Source of the DNA: Vicinamibacteria bacterium
Lineage (GTDB): Bacteria; Acidobacteriota; Vicinamibacteria; Marinacidobacterales; Marinacidobacteraceae
DNA: 64,000 nucleotides
Reading direction: 5' to 3'
Assembly: GCA_965199715.1 (NCBI GenBank)
Contig: OZ241322.1
Coordinates: 2,016,001-2,080,000 of the forward strand
The notes under the pieces are model-generated. The model saw only the letters and a list, made by a program, of their open reading frames with translations, made no database searches and was not told the DNA's origin. Of the stretch, positions 17,775-27,844 are shown in pieces. A program made the position numbers and the translations under genes. Positions within the stretch are counted from its first letter, which is position 1, and each line of letters begins with the position of its first letter.

Positions 17775-18760
17775 GCGGCGAAGGGGCGCGAGCGGGTTGC
17801 GATCCAGACGAACGCCGGCGCGCCGATCAGGGCGGCGACGACCCCGAGGTTCAGCTCCGACACGGTGGGCAGGACGCGCACTGCGACGTCGGCGAGGACG
17901 AGCAGCGCGCCGCCGAAGAGCGCCGAGGGAACGAGCGTCCGCGCCGGATCGTGCCCGACGAGCGGGCGCATGAGGTGCGGCGCCACGATTCCCACGAAGC
18001 CGATCGCGCCGGCGAGCGCCACCGAGGCGCCGGTCGCGAGTCCGGACCCCACGACCACCGAAAGGCGCAGCCGCCGGAGGTCCAGCCCCACGCCGGTCGC
18101 CGCCTCCTCGCCGAGCGTCAGCGCCGACAGGCCGCGGCGGGCGCGGAAGAGGAGCGCGACGCCGAGGAGCATGAGCGGCGCGGCCAGCAGCAGGTCCTCG
18201 TGGCTGCGGTTCGCGACCGAACCCAGCGTCCAGTTGACCATCTCGAAGAGCGAGAACGGGTGCGGCGCGAGGCTCAGCAGCAGCGCCATCACCGCGCCGG
18301 CGAGGCTCGACACCCCCACGCCGACGAGGATCAGGCTCACCATCGAGCGCGTGCGGGTCGCCGCCGCCGCGAGCAGCGCGGTGACGGCGAGCGCCCCCGC
18401 GACCGCGGCTGCGGGAACCGCCCAGTACACGAGCGTTCCCAGTCCGTAGTACAGCGTCAGCGTCGCCCCGAGCGCCGCCCCGGCCGAGACGCCGAGCACG
18501 CCGGGCTCGGCGAGGGGGTTGCGGAACAGGCCCTGAAGGGCGGCCCCGCTGACTCCGAGGGCGCCGCCGACGAGGAACGCCGCGAGCGCGCGCGGCAGCC
18601 GGATCTGCTGGACGACGACCGTGTCCCCCGCGCTCCCGAAGCCCAGCAGCGAAGCCGCGGCGCGGTCGGGAGGAAGCGGCGTCGAGCCGAGCAGGCAGGC
18701 GAGGAAGATCGCGAGCGCCCCGAACCCGGCGAGCGCCGGGAGAAGCCCCCGCCCGATCAT
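17771..18760 (-). CDS. FecCD/BtuC family ABC permease
   Basis: RLPRAL, LQGLFRNPLAEPGVLGVS, GAIGFVGIVAPH. Confidence 0.93.
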   Translation of the reverse strand: MIGRGLLPALAGFGALAIFLACLLGSTPLPPDRAAASLLGFGSAGDTVVVQQIRLPRALAAFLVGGALGVSGAALQGLFRNPLAEPGVLGVSAGAALGATLTLYYGLGTLVYWAVPAAAVAGALAVTALLAAAATRTRSMVSLILVGVGVSSLAGAVMALLLSLAPHPFSLFEMVNWTLGSVANRSHEDLLLAAPLMLLGVALLFRARRGLSALTLGEEAATGVGLDLRRLRLSVVVGSGLATGASVALAGAIGFVGIVAPHLMRPLVGHDPARTLVPSALFGGALLVLADVAVRVLPTVSELNLGVVAALIGAPAFVWIATRSRPFAA

Positions 18761-19503
18761 TCGACGGCGGCCAGCGCTTCCACCGCGTCCAGCAGGAACC
18801 AGCCGCCGCAGGCGGTCCAGGCTCCGGGAATCACGCTGACCGGAAGTTCGCCGAGCGCCGCCTGCGCGACCGGATGCCGGATCGCGCTCCACGAACCCGG
18901 AATCCGTCCGTCGGTCTCGAAGTCACCGACCGCGATCCGGTCCGGGCGCTCGTAGGCGAGCCGCTCGAGGGGCAGGGGGCGCCAGCCGGGATCGCGCTGG
19001 AAGTTCTCGAACCCGCTCGCCCGGATCATGTCGTGGATCCGGGTTCCGGGGCCGGTGGTGACGCCGCCGGCGGTCATGTAGAGCAGCGTCCGCTCGCGGG
19101 TCTTGCGGGCCAGCGCCGCCTCGCGCTTCTCCACCTCCCGAACGAGCTCCTCGGCGCGCCGGACGGCCCCGAGCGCCGCCCCCATCCTCCGCAGCACCTC
19201 CTTCGGATCTCCGGATCTCACCTCGACGAGCTCCACGCCGGCGCGGTCCAGAAACGCACGGAGGTTCGGTCCGCCGGCGTAGGAACGCACCACGAGGTCG
19301 GGCTCGAGCACGAGGAAGTCCTCGGCGCGAGGTCGGACCCGGGGAACGCCCTCGGCGGCTTCCCGCATGTAGGAGAAGCTCTTCCCGGCGTCCGGCGAGA
19401 CCGCGAGGATGCGGTCCGGCTCCGCAAGCCGCAGGACGTACTGGTCGGCGCAGTAGTCGAGGCTGACGATGCGGGACGCCAGGACCAGCAGGAGCGCGCC
19501 CAC
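18757..19503 (-). CDS. BtuF-like cobalamin/iron ABC substrate-binding protein
   Basis: RIVSLDYCADQYVL, EPDLVV, LPLERL, WTACGG; GTG start inferred. Confidence 0.85.
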   Translation of the reverse strand: MGALLLVLASRIVSLDYCADQYVLRLAEPDRILAVSPDAGKSFSYMREAAEGVPRVRPRAEDFLVLEPDLVVRSYAGGPNLRAFLDRAGVELVEVRSGDPKEVLRRMGAALGAVRRAEELVREVEKREAALARKTRERTLLYMTAGGVTTGPGTRIHDMIRASGFENFQRDPGWRPLPLERLAYERPDRIAVGDFETDGRIPGSWSAIRHPVAQAALGELPVSVIPGAWTACGGWFLLDAVEALAAVE

Positions 19504-19507
19504 CGCC

Positions 19508-20179
19508 TCAGCGCCGCCCCACCACCACGGTGTTCGGCGCATCCCGCCAGACGCACCGGGCGTCGAATCCCGCGCCCCGCATGCCGGCCAGCTCGTCCTC
19601 GAGCGGGAAGTACGTGTCCTCATCGGCCCATTCGGCGAAGTGCGCGAAGGCGCGTTCCTCGTCGATCCCGCAGGAGACGAGGTGCGCCGCCCAGATCCGG
19701 TAGCTCTCGGCCTGTCCCGCCGGGTCCGCGCTCATGGTCACGTCGGCGTTCACGAGAACCCCGCCCGGACGCAGCGCGTCGAAGATCCGCCGGTAGAGCG
19801 CTCGCTTGCGTTCGAGCGTCGGGACGTGGTGCAGCGCGAGCGAGGCCGCGACCGCGTCGCACGCGGGCAGCGGATCTTCGAAGGCGGCCCGCCGCATGCG
19901 CGCCCGGTCGCCGAACCGGCGAAGCCGCGTCCGCGCCTGCTCCAGCATCTCGGGATCGATATCCACGGCCTCGAGCGCGCCCACTTCGGGCCGCTCGAGG
20001 ATCGCCTCGCTGAGCGCGCCGGTTCCCGCGCCGAGATCGACCACGAGCGCCGGCCGCGCCGAGCCGACCTCCCGGGCGGCGCGGGCGAGCCCCTCCTCGT
20101 ATCCGGGGACGAACGTGCGGATGGCCGCGTCGTACGCATCGATCTCGACGCGCAGGTGGCTCCGCACCGAGTGGGCCAT
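19508..20179 (-). CDS. Class I SAM-dependent methyltransferase
   Basis: VVDLGAGTG, SLALHH, LRPGGVLVNAD. Confidence 0.9.
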   Translation of the reverse strand: MAHSVRSHLRVEIDAYDAAIRTFVPGYEEGLARAAREVGSARPALVVDLGAGTGALSEAILERPEVGALEAVDIDPEMLEQARTRLRRFGDRARMRRAAFEDPLPACDAVAASLALHHVPTLERKRALYRRIFDALRPGGVLVNADVTMSADPAGQAESYRIWAAHLVSCGIDEERAFAHFAEWADEDTYFPLEDELAGMRGAGFDARCVWRDAPNTVVVGRR

Positions 20180-20204
20180 TGCCGGATTATGCTCCCTGAC
20201 CGCG

Positions 20205-20897
20205 ATGTTCTTCTTCGATCCGCTCTATTTCGTCATCATCGCGCCGGGGCTCGCGCTCACGCTGTGGGCGACGTTCAAGGTCAAGCGCACCTTCCGGCGT
20301 TTCCACAAGGTTCCGGTGCGCAGCGGCCGGAGCGGGCGCGAGACCGCCGAGGCGCTGCTGTTCCGGACCGGAATCCGGATCCCGGTCGAGGAGCACCCCG
20401 GCGAGCTCTCCGACCACTACGACCCGAGGGTCCGGACGCTCCGGCTCTCGCCGGACGTGTACCACGGCCGGACGGTGGGGGCCGTCGCGGTCGCCGCCCA
20501 CGAGGTCGGGCACGCGATGCAGCACGCCTCGGGATACCAGCCGCTGATGTTCCGCCAGGCGCTCGCGCCGGCGGCGGGATTCGCGTCGAGCGCGTCCTGG
20601 ATCATCATCATGGGCGGCTTCCTGTTCAGCGCGGTGAGCCTCGTCGAGGTCGGCGTCGCGCTCTTCTCGCTGGTCGTGCTCTTCCAGGTGGTCACGCTGC
20701 CGGTGGAGCTGGACGCTTCGCGGCGGGCGAAGCGGCTCGTGTACGAGACCGGGATCGTGACCCGGGAAGAACGGCCCGGCGTCAGCCGGGTGCTGAGCGC
20801 CGCGGCGATGACCTACGTCGCAGCGGCCTTGACCAGCGTGCTGACGCTGGCGTACTACCTGCTGCGCCTCGGCGTCCTCGGCGGCGGCGACGACTGA
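20205..20897 (+). CDS. YugP-like membrane zinc metallopeptidase
   Basis: LSDHYDP, AAHEVGHAMQH, TLPVELDASRRA, AAAMTYVAAA. Confidence 0.92.
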   Translation: MFFFDPLYFVIIAPGLALTLWATFKVKRTFRRFHKVPVRSGRSGRETAEALLFRTGIRIPVEEHPGELSDHYDPRVRTLRLSPDVYHGRTVGAVAVAAHEVGHAMQHASGYQPLMFRQALAPAAGFASSASWIIIMGGFLFSAVSLVEVGVALFSLVVLFQVVTLPVELDASRRAKRLVYETGIVTREERPGVSRVLSAAAMTYVAAALTSVLTLAYYLLRLGVLGGGDD

Positions 20898-20933
20898 GGC
20901 CTCCCGCCCGGGGAGGCCCCACTCGCGCGGCGG

Positions 20934-22589
20934 CTACTGCTGGCCGGTGGTCGCCTCGCCGACGGCGTCGAGCGCATCGGAGAGTCCGGGGAGGTCGTCG
21001 CCCCGCTCGGGGGTCCCGAGCAGTTCCCGGTAGTAACGCTCGGCCGCCTCGTCCATTCCGGCCGCGCTCGCCGCCTGCGCCGCCCCGTGGAGGGACCGCG
21101 CCCGCTTCGCGGTCCGCATCAGCGAGGTCTCGAACACGGCGAGCGCGCCCTCGGCGTCGCCCGACGCCAGCAGCATCTCGCCCAGAAGCTCGTGCGGCGG
21201 CTGGATGGGCGCGTCGATCGGCGACTCGCCCGGAGGACCGGACGGCGGCTCCATGGCCTCGGCGACCTTGGCCGCCTTGCGGAACGCCGCGGTCGCGCCG
21301 TCCGCGTCGCCGTCGGCCTTCGCGATCAGGCCCTCCATCTCGTGGGCCATCACCAGCGCCTGTTCGGCGCCGCGCGGGTTCTCCGAGCCGGCGAGCATCT
21401 CGTGGATCTTCATGAGGCCGGCGTGCGCCCTCTGGGCCGACTCGGCGTCGCCGGTCTCGGCCGCGCTCGCGCCCCGGGCGTAGAGCACCGCGCCCGCGGT
21501 GCGGTGGCCCATCTCCGGCTCCTCGGCGTCGAGCTGCGCTATGACCTCGTCCACCGGCTCCGGCTTCCAGTTGCGGGTCTCCACCGTGTTCAGCGCGTCC
21601 ATGCGCATCCACGTCTCCTTCATGCCGCCGGTGACCTCGTCCCGCTCGGTCAGCATGCCGAAGTCGGCGAGCACCTGAGCGCCCTCCTCGTAGCGGCCCT
21701 CCTGCAAGTAGGCGTAGAGCAGCCAGTAGAGCGCGTGGTACGAGTACCGCGCCGGCGAGAGTCCCTTCCGCTCGGCGCGGTCCACCGAGGCCTGGTAGGA
21801 ACGGTCGTTGAGGCCGCGCACGTGATCCCACATGCCGTGCTGCAGGAAGATGTGCGACGGCATGTGGAGCGCGTGGACCGCCGCCGGGGCGATGTCCGCG
21901 TACTTCTCGGCGGCGTAGAGGGCGACCGGGGCGTGGACCGGGTCGTCGTAGGCGTGGATCACGTAGTGCGCCGCGCCCGGGTGATCCGGGTTCTCGCGGA
22001 ACACGCGCTGCGCGATTGCGCCGGCGCGCATGTCCACCCGCCGGCTCGCCTCGCCGCGGACCCTCGTCCGCATGAGCGCGAGCGAGTGGAAGGCCGCGGC
22101 CTCCAGGTCCTCGGGATAGGCCGCCGACAGCTCGGCCAGCGCCTGCTCGTAGCCGTCCGAGCGCTCTTGCAGGTCGCCGGGGCCGTAGAGGATGTGGACC
22201 GAGTCGAGGTAGCGCTTCTCGCGGTCGGTCGGGGCCTTTTCGAGTCGCGCCGCGCGGGTGTCCCCGAGCTTGCGGATCGCGTCGCGGGCTTCCGACATGT
22301 CCTGGCCGGGCGGGTAGTGGTGTCCGCCGGTGTGGCTGAGCGCCTCGCCCCAGTAGGCGAGCGCGAAGTCCGGATCCGCCTCCTGCGCCCGCTGGAACGC
22401 CTCGGCGGCATCCTCCCATTCGAAGCTGTGGAGCAGCCGCACGCCGTCGAGGAAATCTCTCTGGGCGGCTTCGTTCCCCGAATTCGGGAAGTCGATGGTG
22501 CCGAGTCCGCTCCCCTGGGCGAGCGCGATCCCGGCGGACAGACAGGCGGCGACGGCGACGGGCGCCGCGCGGACGATGAGGCGAATCAT
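20934..22589 (-). CDS. Secreted TPR-like protein
   Basis: Signal peptide; HPGAAHYVIHAYD, HALHMPSHIF; AGGAG RBS. Confidence 0.85.
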   Translation of the reverse strand: MIRLIVRAAPVAVAACLSAGIALAQGSGLGTIDFPNSGNEAAQRDFLDGVRLLHSFEWEDAAEAFQRAQEADPDFALAYWGEALSHTGGHHYPPGQDMSEARDAIRKLGDTRAARLEKAPTDREKRYLDSVHILYGPGDLQERSDGYEQALAELSAAYPEDLEAAAFHSLALMRTRVRGEASRRVDMRAGAIAQRVFRENPDHPGAAHYVIHAYDDPVHAPVALYAAEKYADIAPAAVHALHMPSHIFLQHGMWDHVRGLNDRSYQASVDRAERKGLSPARYSYHALYWLLYAYLQEGRYEEGAQVLADFGMLTERDEVTGGMKETWMRMDALNTVETRNWKPEPVDEVIAQLDAEEPEMGHRTAGAVLYARGASAAETGDAESAQRAHAGLMKIHEMLAGSENPRGAEQALVMAHEMEGLIAKADGDADGATAAFRKAAKVAEAMEPPSGPPGESPIDAPIQPPHELLGEMLLASGDAEGALAVFETSLMRTAKRARSLHGAAQAASAAGMDEAAERYYRELLGTPERGDDLPGLSDALDAVGEATTGQQ

Positions 22590-22670
22590 GGTTTGCTCCT
22601 TGAGCCGGTAAGGAATGGGCCGAACCCCGTATTTTGTCCTACCGCCGGTCGCGGGCGCAAAACCAGCGGG

Positions 22671-23495
22671 TCAGCGCGTCCGCACCCGCAGTTCGAGCCG
22701 TCCCGCGCGCCTGGCGGACTCGGGGAAGCGCCAGCCGCGGACCAGCCCGACGATCCGTGGAACCACCTCCGGCAGCGTGGTCTCCTCGACGTCCACGGAC
22801 TCGGGGGCTCCCGCTTCGTCGAGCCGCACGCGCAGCCGCACCGTGCCCTCGCCGGAGCCGATGAGCGGGCTTTCCAGCTCCATGAGGGCCGGGTCGTCGG
22901 GCGGCTCGAGCCGGACCGGCGGCCCCGAGTCGGGATCGGATTCCGGGAGGCTGATTCCCACCACGAGGAAGACGTTCCGGTTCCGCAGCCGTTCGTAAAG
23001 CGCCTCCCGTTGGGCGCCGGTCCCGGGTTCGCGGAACCACGACAGGTAGCGGCTCAGCGTGAGCTCGAACTCTCGCCCGGAGGCGATCGCCGTGCCGCCC
23101 GCCATCGCCTCGACCTCGCGCCGCATCTCCTGCACCACCGCTCCGTCCTGGAGGAGGCGCACGGCCACCGTCACGTCCGGCCCGGCGCTGCGGAGGAGCT
23201 CGACCGAGATGGACCGCCGGCCCCGGTCCAGCGACCGTTTCGTTTCGTCCGGGCCGAATCGCAGCGTGGCGAGCTGGGCGAGATACGCCCCGGGCACGCG
23301 TCGCGCCAGCGTGGCCAACCAGTGCTCGAGGCGCACGCCCCGCCCGTCGGTCCGAATCCGGAACGAGAGGTTCTCCATCGGCGAGAAGTCGGAGTTCGCG
23401 CGTCGGACCTCGAAGATCCGCACGTCGGCGGTCGGAGCCGCGTCCGCGGGGAGCGCCGCGCCGAGGAGCAGCAGGCCGGCGAGCGCGCACAGCAT
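22671..23495 (-). CDS. Secreted hypothetical protein with possible TonB-C-like C-terminal domain
   Basis: Signal peptide; EGTVRLRVRLDEAG...VRGWRFP. Confidence 0.6.
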   Translation of the reverse strand: MLCALAGLLLLGAALPADAAPTADVRIFEVRRANSDFSPMENLSFRIRTDGRGVRLEHWLATLARRVPGAYLAQLATLRFGPDETKRSLDRGRRSISVELLRSAGPDVTVAVRLLQDGAVVQEMRREVEAMAGGTAIASGREFELTLSRYLSWFREPGTGAQREALYERLRNRNVFLVVGISLPESDPDSGPPVRLEPPDDPALMELESPLIGSGEGTVRLRVRLDEAGAPESVDVEETTLPEVVPRIVGLVRGWRFPESARRAGRLELRVRTR

Positions 23496-23540
23496 TCCCG
23501 GAGTCTATGGGGCGGGCCGATCCGCTGGTAGGCTGCCCGG

Positions 23541-24869
23541 ATGCAGCGACCCGGCGCCGTCCGATTCCGCACGCCCGAACCCGCGGCCGTCCACGGCATT
23601 CTCCGGCGGCACCTCATCGCCGACGGGCTGGATCTCGTGATGGATCTGGAGCGGAGCCGGGGTCCGTGGCTCCACTGCGCGAAGTCCGGACGCGACTGGT
23701 TCGACGTGTTCTCGTACTTCGCGACGAACCCGATCGGCCACAACCATCCGGGGATGTCGGATCCGGAGTTCCGGGAGCGGCTCGGCCGGGTCGCCGTCCA
23801 CAACCCCTCCAACTCCGACTTCTACACCGTGGAGATGGGACGGTTCCTCGACACGTTCTCGCAGGTCGTCGTGCCGCCCGAGCTTCCCCACGCGTTCTTC
23901 GTCGCCGGCGGCGCGGTGGCGGTCGAGAACGCGCTCAAGGTCGCCTTCGACTGGAAGGCGCGAAAAAACTTGGTCGCCGGGCGTCCCGAGGCCGGAAGCC
24001 GGATCCTCCACCTTCGCGACGCCTTCCACGGCCGCACCGGCTACGCGCTCTCGCTCACGAACACCGAGCCCATGAAGGTGGCCTACTTCCCCCGGTTTGA
24101 CTGGCCCCGGATCGAGAACCCGGCGATCCGCTGGCCCGAGGCCGAGCGCCTGGCCGAGACCGAAGCCGCCGAGGATCGCGCCATCGCCCAGATCGAGGCG
24201 GCCGTCCGGACCCACGGCCACGATATCGCCGGCCTCATCCTCGAGCCGATCCAGGGCGAGGGCGGCGACCACCACTTCCGCCCGCGCTTTCTTGAGGCGG
24301 CGCGCCGCCTCGCCGACGAGCACGAGTTCCTGCTCATCTTCGACGAGGTCCAGACCGGGATTGGCATGACCGGAAAGATGTGGTGCTTCCAGCACTTCGG
24401 CGCAGTTCCCGACGTGCTCGCGTTCGGCAAGAAGACGCAGGTCTGCGGCGTGCTCGCCGGCCCCCGCATCGACGAGGTCGAGGACAACGTCTTCCAGCTC
24501 TCGTCCAGGATCAACTCCACCTGGGGCGGCAATCTGGTGGATATGGTCCGGTTCGGGCGCTACCTCGAGATCATCGAGGAGGAGGGCCTCGTCGAGAACT
24601 CCGCCCGCGTCGGGAAGCCGCTGCTGGCCGAACTCCACGAGCTCGCCCGCGACTTCCCGGACGCGGTCGGCGCGGTGCGCGGGCGCGGCCTCATGTGCGC
24701 CTTCGACATGCCCGACCAGAAGGCGCGCGACGCCTTCCTCGCCCGCGCCTACGACAACGGCCTCCTGATCCTCGGCTGCGGACCGCGGTCGGTGCGCTTC
24801 CGGCCCACGCTCAGCTTCACCGAGGAGGACGTCGCCACGGCGATGGAACTCGTGCGGCGGTCGCTCTGA
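23541..24869 (+). CDS. lat: L-lysine 6-transaminase
   Basis: NPSNSDFYT, GAVAVENALKVAFDWK, FDEVQTG, FGKKTQVCG, SRINSTWGGNLVDMVR. Confidence 0.92.
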   Translation: MQRPGAVRFRTPEPAAVHGILRRHLIADGLDLVMDLERSRGPWLHCAKSGRDWFDVFSYFATNPIGHNHPGMSDPEFRERLGRVAVHNPSNSDFYTVEMGRFLDTFSQVVVPPELPHAFFVAGGAVAVENALKVAFDWKARKNLVAGRPEAGSRILHLRDAFHGRTGYALSLTNTEPMKVAYFPRFDWPRIENPAIRWPEAERLAETEAAEDRAIAQIEAAVRTHGHDIAGLILEPIQGEGGDHHFRPRFLEAARRLADEHEFLLIFDEVQTGIGMTGKMWCFQHFGAVPDVLAFGKKTQVCGVLAGPRIDEVEDNVFQLSSRINSTWGGNLVDMVRFGRYLEIIEEEGLVENSARVGKPLLAELHELARDFPDAVGAVRGRGLMCAFDMPDQKARDAFLARAYDNGLLILGCGPRSVRFRPTLSFTEEDVATAMELVRRSL

Positions 24870-24870
24870 C

Positions 24871-26271
24871 TCAGTCCGCCGGGTTGCGGATCGAGTAGAG
24901 GTTCCCCCGGGTCCGGATCAGCAGCCGGTCGCCCACGATCGCCGGCGACGCGAGGGCCCAGTCGTCGAGCGGGTTCACCCCGACGAGGCGGTACTCCTCG
25001 CCGGCCTCGATGACGAAGGTGTTCCCCTCCTCGCCGAGCGCGAATACGTAGCCGCCGTAGGCCCACGGCGACGAGGTGAACGCCGCCGCGCCGGGCGCGA
25101 TCCGGGCGCGGAAGACCCGTTCGCCGGTCTCCACGTCGTGGCGGGCCACGATGCCCCGCGAGTACAGCACCCACAGCGCGCCCTCGTAGATGACCGGCGT
25201 GGGCAGGTACGTGCCCCCGGCGATCCGCTCGTACCACGCCACGTGCTCGCTTTCGGTCTCGCCGTCGAGCGGGGCGATCTCGCCCGATCCCCCCGGCCGG
25301 ATCGAGACCAGCGGGCGCTGGTCGCCGCCGGACGCGCCCGAGGCGACGTAGAGGGAGCCGTTCCACGCGAATGGGCTCTGGATCGGCGATCCGCCCATCC
25401 GGGACATCCGCCAGAGCGGGTTCCCGTCGAGGTCGTAGCTGACGAGCGCGCCCGGCCCCGAAGTCACGATCTCGGCGCGGAGTTCGTTCTCCCACACGAG
25501 CGGCGTGGACCAGCCGGTCTTTCGGCGGGCCTCGGTCGCGCGCTCGGCGCGCCAGAGCTCCTCGCCGGTCCGCTTGTCGAAGGCGGCGAGGAAGCCGGCC
25601 TCCTCGTTGTCGTTGAGGACGTAGATCCGATCCCCGTGGAGCGCGGGGGAGGCGCCGGTCCCGAAGTCGCGCACGGTGGGAAGGGAGGCGAGCGGCGAGC
25701 TCCACAGCGGCTCGCCCTCCATGTCGAACGCGAAGAGGCCGTGCTGGGTGAAGTAGGCGTACACCGCGGTTCCGTCCGTCACCGGAGTCTCCGAGGCGTA
25801 GCTGTTCTTGCGGTGCCGTCCCCCGCCCGGCGGCCCCCGATGGACCTCCCGCTCCCAGAGCGTTTCTCCCGTCTTGAGGCCGAGGCACAGCACCCGGAGA
25901 CTCACCTCCACCTCGCTCGGAAGCTCCCGGTCTCGGGCGTACAGGCGGCGATTCACCTCCTCGGGGGGGAGGCCCTCGGCCTGCAGCTCGGCGATGTAGT
26001 CGTTGCTGAAGTCGGTCCCGAGCGACGGCCCCTTCATCTCCTGCTCGCTGGCGGCCGACGTGAGGAAGACGCGGTCGCCCCAGACCACCGGCGAGGACCA
26101 GCCCACGCCGGGGACGGAAGCCGCCCACTCCACGTTCTCGGTCGTCGTCCAGCGGATGGGCAGGTTCGGGTGGTCGCCCACGGGGTTCGCTTCCGGACCC
26201 CGGAACCCGGGCCAGTTGGGCTCCTCGGCGGCTGCGGGAAGCGCGAGCAGCGCCAGAATGAGCAGCCTCAT
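24871..26271 (-). CDS. PQQ-binding-like beta-propeller protein (secreted)
   Basis: NWPGFRGP, GWSSPVVWGD, ASETPVTDG, repeated TGExxW. Confidence 0.88.
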   Translation of the reverse strand: MRLLILALLALPAAAEEPNWPGFRGPEANPVGDHPNLPIRWTTTENVEWAASVPGVGWSSPVVWGDRVFLTSAASEQEMKGPSLGTDFSNDYIAELQAEGLPPEEVNRRLYARDRELPSEVEVSLRVLCLGLKTGETLWEREVHRGPPGGGRHRKNSYASETPVTDGTAVYAYFTQHGLFAFDMEGEPLWSSPLASLPTVRDFGTGASPALHGDRIYVLNDNEEAGFLAAFDKRTGEELWRAERATEARRKTGWSTPLVWENELRAEIVTSGPGALVSYDLDGNPLWRMSRMGGSPIQSPFAWNGSLYVASGASGGDQRPLVSIRPGGSGEIAPLDGETESEHVAWYERIAGGTYLPTPVIYEGALWVLYSRGIVARHDVETGERVFRARIAPGAAAFTSSPWAYGGYVFALGEEGNTFVIEAGEEYRLVGVNPLDDWALASPAIVGDRLLIRTRGNLYSIRNPAD

Positions 26272-27131
26272 TCGGGGATCACCGAGGGGGGCACGCCCGT
26301 GCGCCGGCTGCCGGCGTCCTTCCAGGCGTCGTAGCGCAGTCGCAGGGTGCGCACCGGGTTCGCGTTCTCGTGCGGCTGGACGTCCTCGTCGGTCACGCTC
26401 AGGTACGCGTAGTAGTCGCCGTCGTTGTGCGACTCGCCGAGCGCGTCGTCCCGGTTCGCGATCGCGATGTAGGCGACGTGCGAGGTCTTGCCGTCGCAGG
26501 GCGCCGCCGGCTTCGGAGCCTCCTCGCAGGTGCAGCGCCGGTCCCCTCCCGCCGCGTCGGCGGCCTCCATGGCGGCCATCACCCGGTCGGCGAGCGTTCC
26601 CTTCGCCCGGGTGAACGCGAGCACCGCGTCCTCCGCCACGTCATCGTCGGAGAGGATGTTGCCCTGCACCTGGACGAGCACGTCGTCGCCGGCCTGTCCG
26701 AACACATGGAGCGCCGCCGCGCCGTTGCCGTCGCCGCTGAAGCCGGCGCTGCGCCCCTGAAGGTCGAGGATGCCGAACTGGCGCCGCTCCATCTGCGACT
26801 CCGCCTTGCGCTCCTCCTGCTCGCGGAGCAGCTCGAGGATGCGCTCCGGATCGGTGCCCTTCCTCAGCTCCTCGTACACGAGCCGCTGGTTCGCGCGCGT
26901 GTTGTCCACCCCCGCCTGGCACGCCGCGACCCCGACCCCGGGCACGATCACCGCCTGGATGTCCATGAGGTCGCGCGACGGGCGCGGCGGGAAGCGGGAC
27001 TGCCGCACGCAGGTCGCCGAGGCGATGATGACCTGCCCGGAATTCCGGTCCACCGCGATCACCGACCAGGTCGCGAGCGCGGCGGCGGGAGCGAGCAGCG
27101 AGAGGGCGAGGAGGACGCCGATTCGTCTCAT
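26268..27131 (-). CDS. DUF1028 family Ntn-hydrolase-like secreted protein
   Basis: Signal peptide then TWSVIAVD; RQFGILD, QGNIL, AGGDRRC. Confidence 0.85.
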   Translation of the reverse strand: MRRIGVLLALSLLAPAAALATWSVIAVDRNSGQVIIASATCVRQSRFPPRPSRDLMDIQAVIVPGVGVAACQAGVDNTRANQRLVYEELRKGTDPERILELLREQEERKAESQMERRQFGILDLQGRSAGFSGDGNGAAALHVFGQAGDDVLVQVQGNILSDDDVAEDAVLAFTRAKGTLADRVMAAMEAADAAGGDRRCTCEEAPKPAAPCDGKTSHVAYIAIANRDDALGESHNDGDYYAYLSVTDEDVQPHENANPVRTLRLRYDAWKDAGSRRTGVPPSVIPE

Positions 27132-27154
27132 GGTCCGCCAATGGTGCCAGAAGC

Positions 27155-27844
27155 TCACCCGATCCCGAGCGCGGCCTCGCTGACGGCGAGCAGCAGGTAG
27201 AGGATTCCCGCGCTTCCGAGCGGCACGGTGAGGTTGTCGGTTCCGAAGGGGCTGACCGCCTCGAGCCCGGCGGCGGCGGTGCCGACCACGAGCCCGAACG
27301 CCGCCGCCGGGTGCGGCTCGAGCGCGCCCATCCCCCACAGCGTTCCCGCGATGGCGGCCCCCGAGACGAGGAACATCGCGAGGCTCCCCTCCATCGTCCG
27401 CGACGCGCCGAAGATCGAGAAGCGGCGGGTCCCGTAGCGCTTGCCGCACACGTTCGCCGCCGCGTCGCCGAGCGCCATGGCGAGCAGGCCGGCCACCGCG
27501 ACGTGCGCCAGGTCGTCCGGCGATCCGGGCCGGAAGCAGAGCGCGAGGAGCGCCGCGAAGGAGATGGGGAAGAACACGATCCCCGGATTCGTGGGATCGT
27601 CGCCGAGCGTCGGGACCAGCCGGAACCGATAGATCGCGAAGTTGACCGCGGTGAAGACGAGCGGCGGGATCACGGCCATGCGCCACCCCGAGAACAGCAG
27701 CACCGTGGGGATCGCGACGAGGCCGATCCCGACGTGGACGAAGGTGCGGGCGCTCTCCCCACGGAGGACTCCGCGCCGGCGCAGCAGCTCCGCCGCGAGA
27801 GCGACGGCTCCGACGTACCCGAAGGTCAGCGCCAGCGGGATCAC
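27155..27844 (-). CDS. Phytol/dolichol kinase-like (CTP-dependent) membrane protein
   Basis: RTFVHI, GDAAANVCG, RTMEGS, GTDNLTVP. Confidence 0.85.
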   Translation of the reverse strand: MIPLALTFGYVGAVALAAELLRRRGVLRGESARTFVHVGIGLVAIPTVLLFSGWRMAVIPPLVFTAVNFAIYRFRLVPTLGDDPTNPGIVFFPISFAALLALCFRPGSPDDLAHVAVAGLLAMALGDAAANVCGKRYGTRRFSIFGASRTMEGSLAMFLVSGAAIAGTLWGMGALEPHPAAAFGLVVGTAAAGLEAVSPFGTDNLTVPLGSAGILYLLLAVSEAALGIG

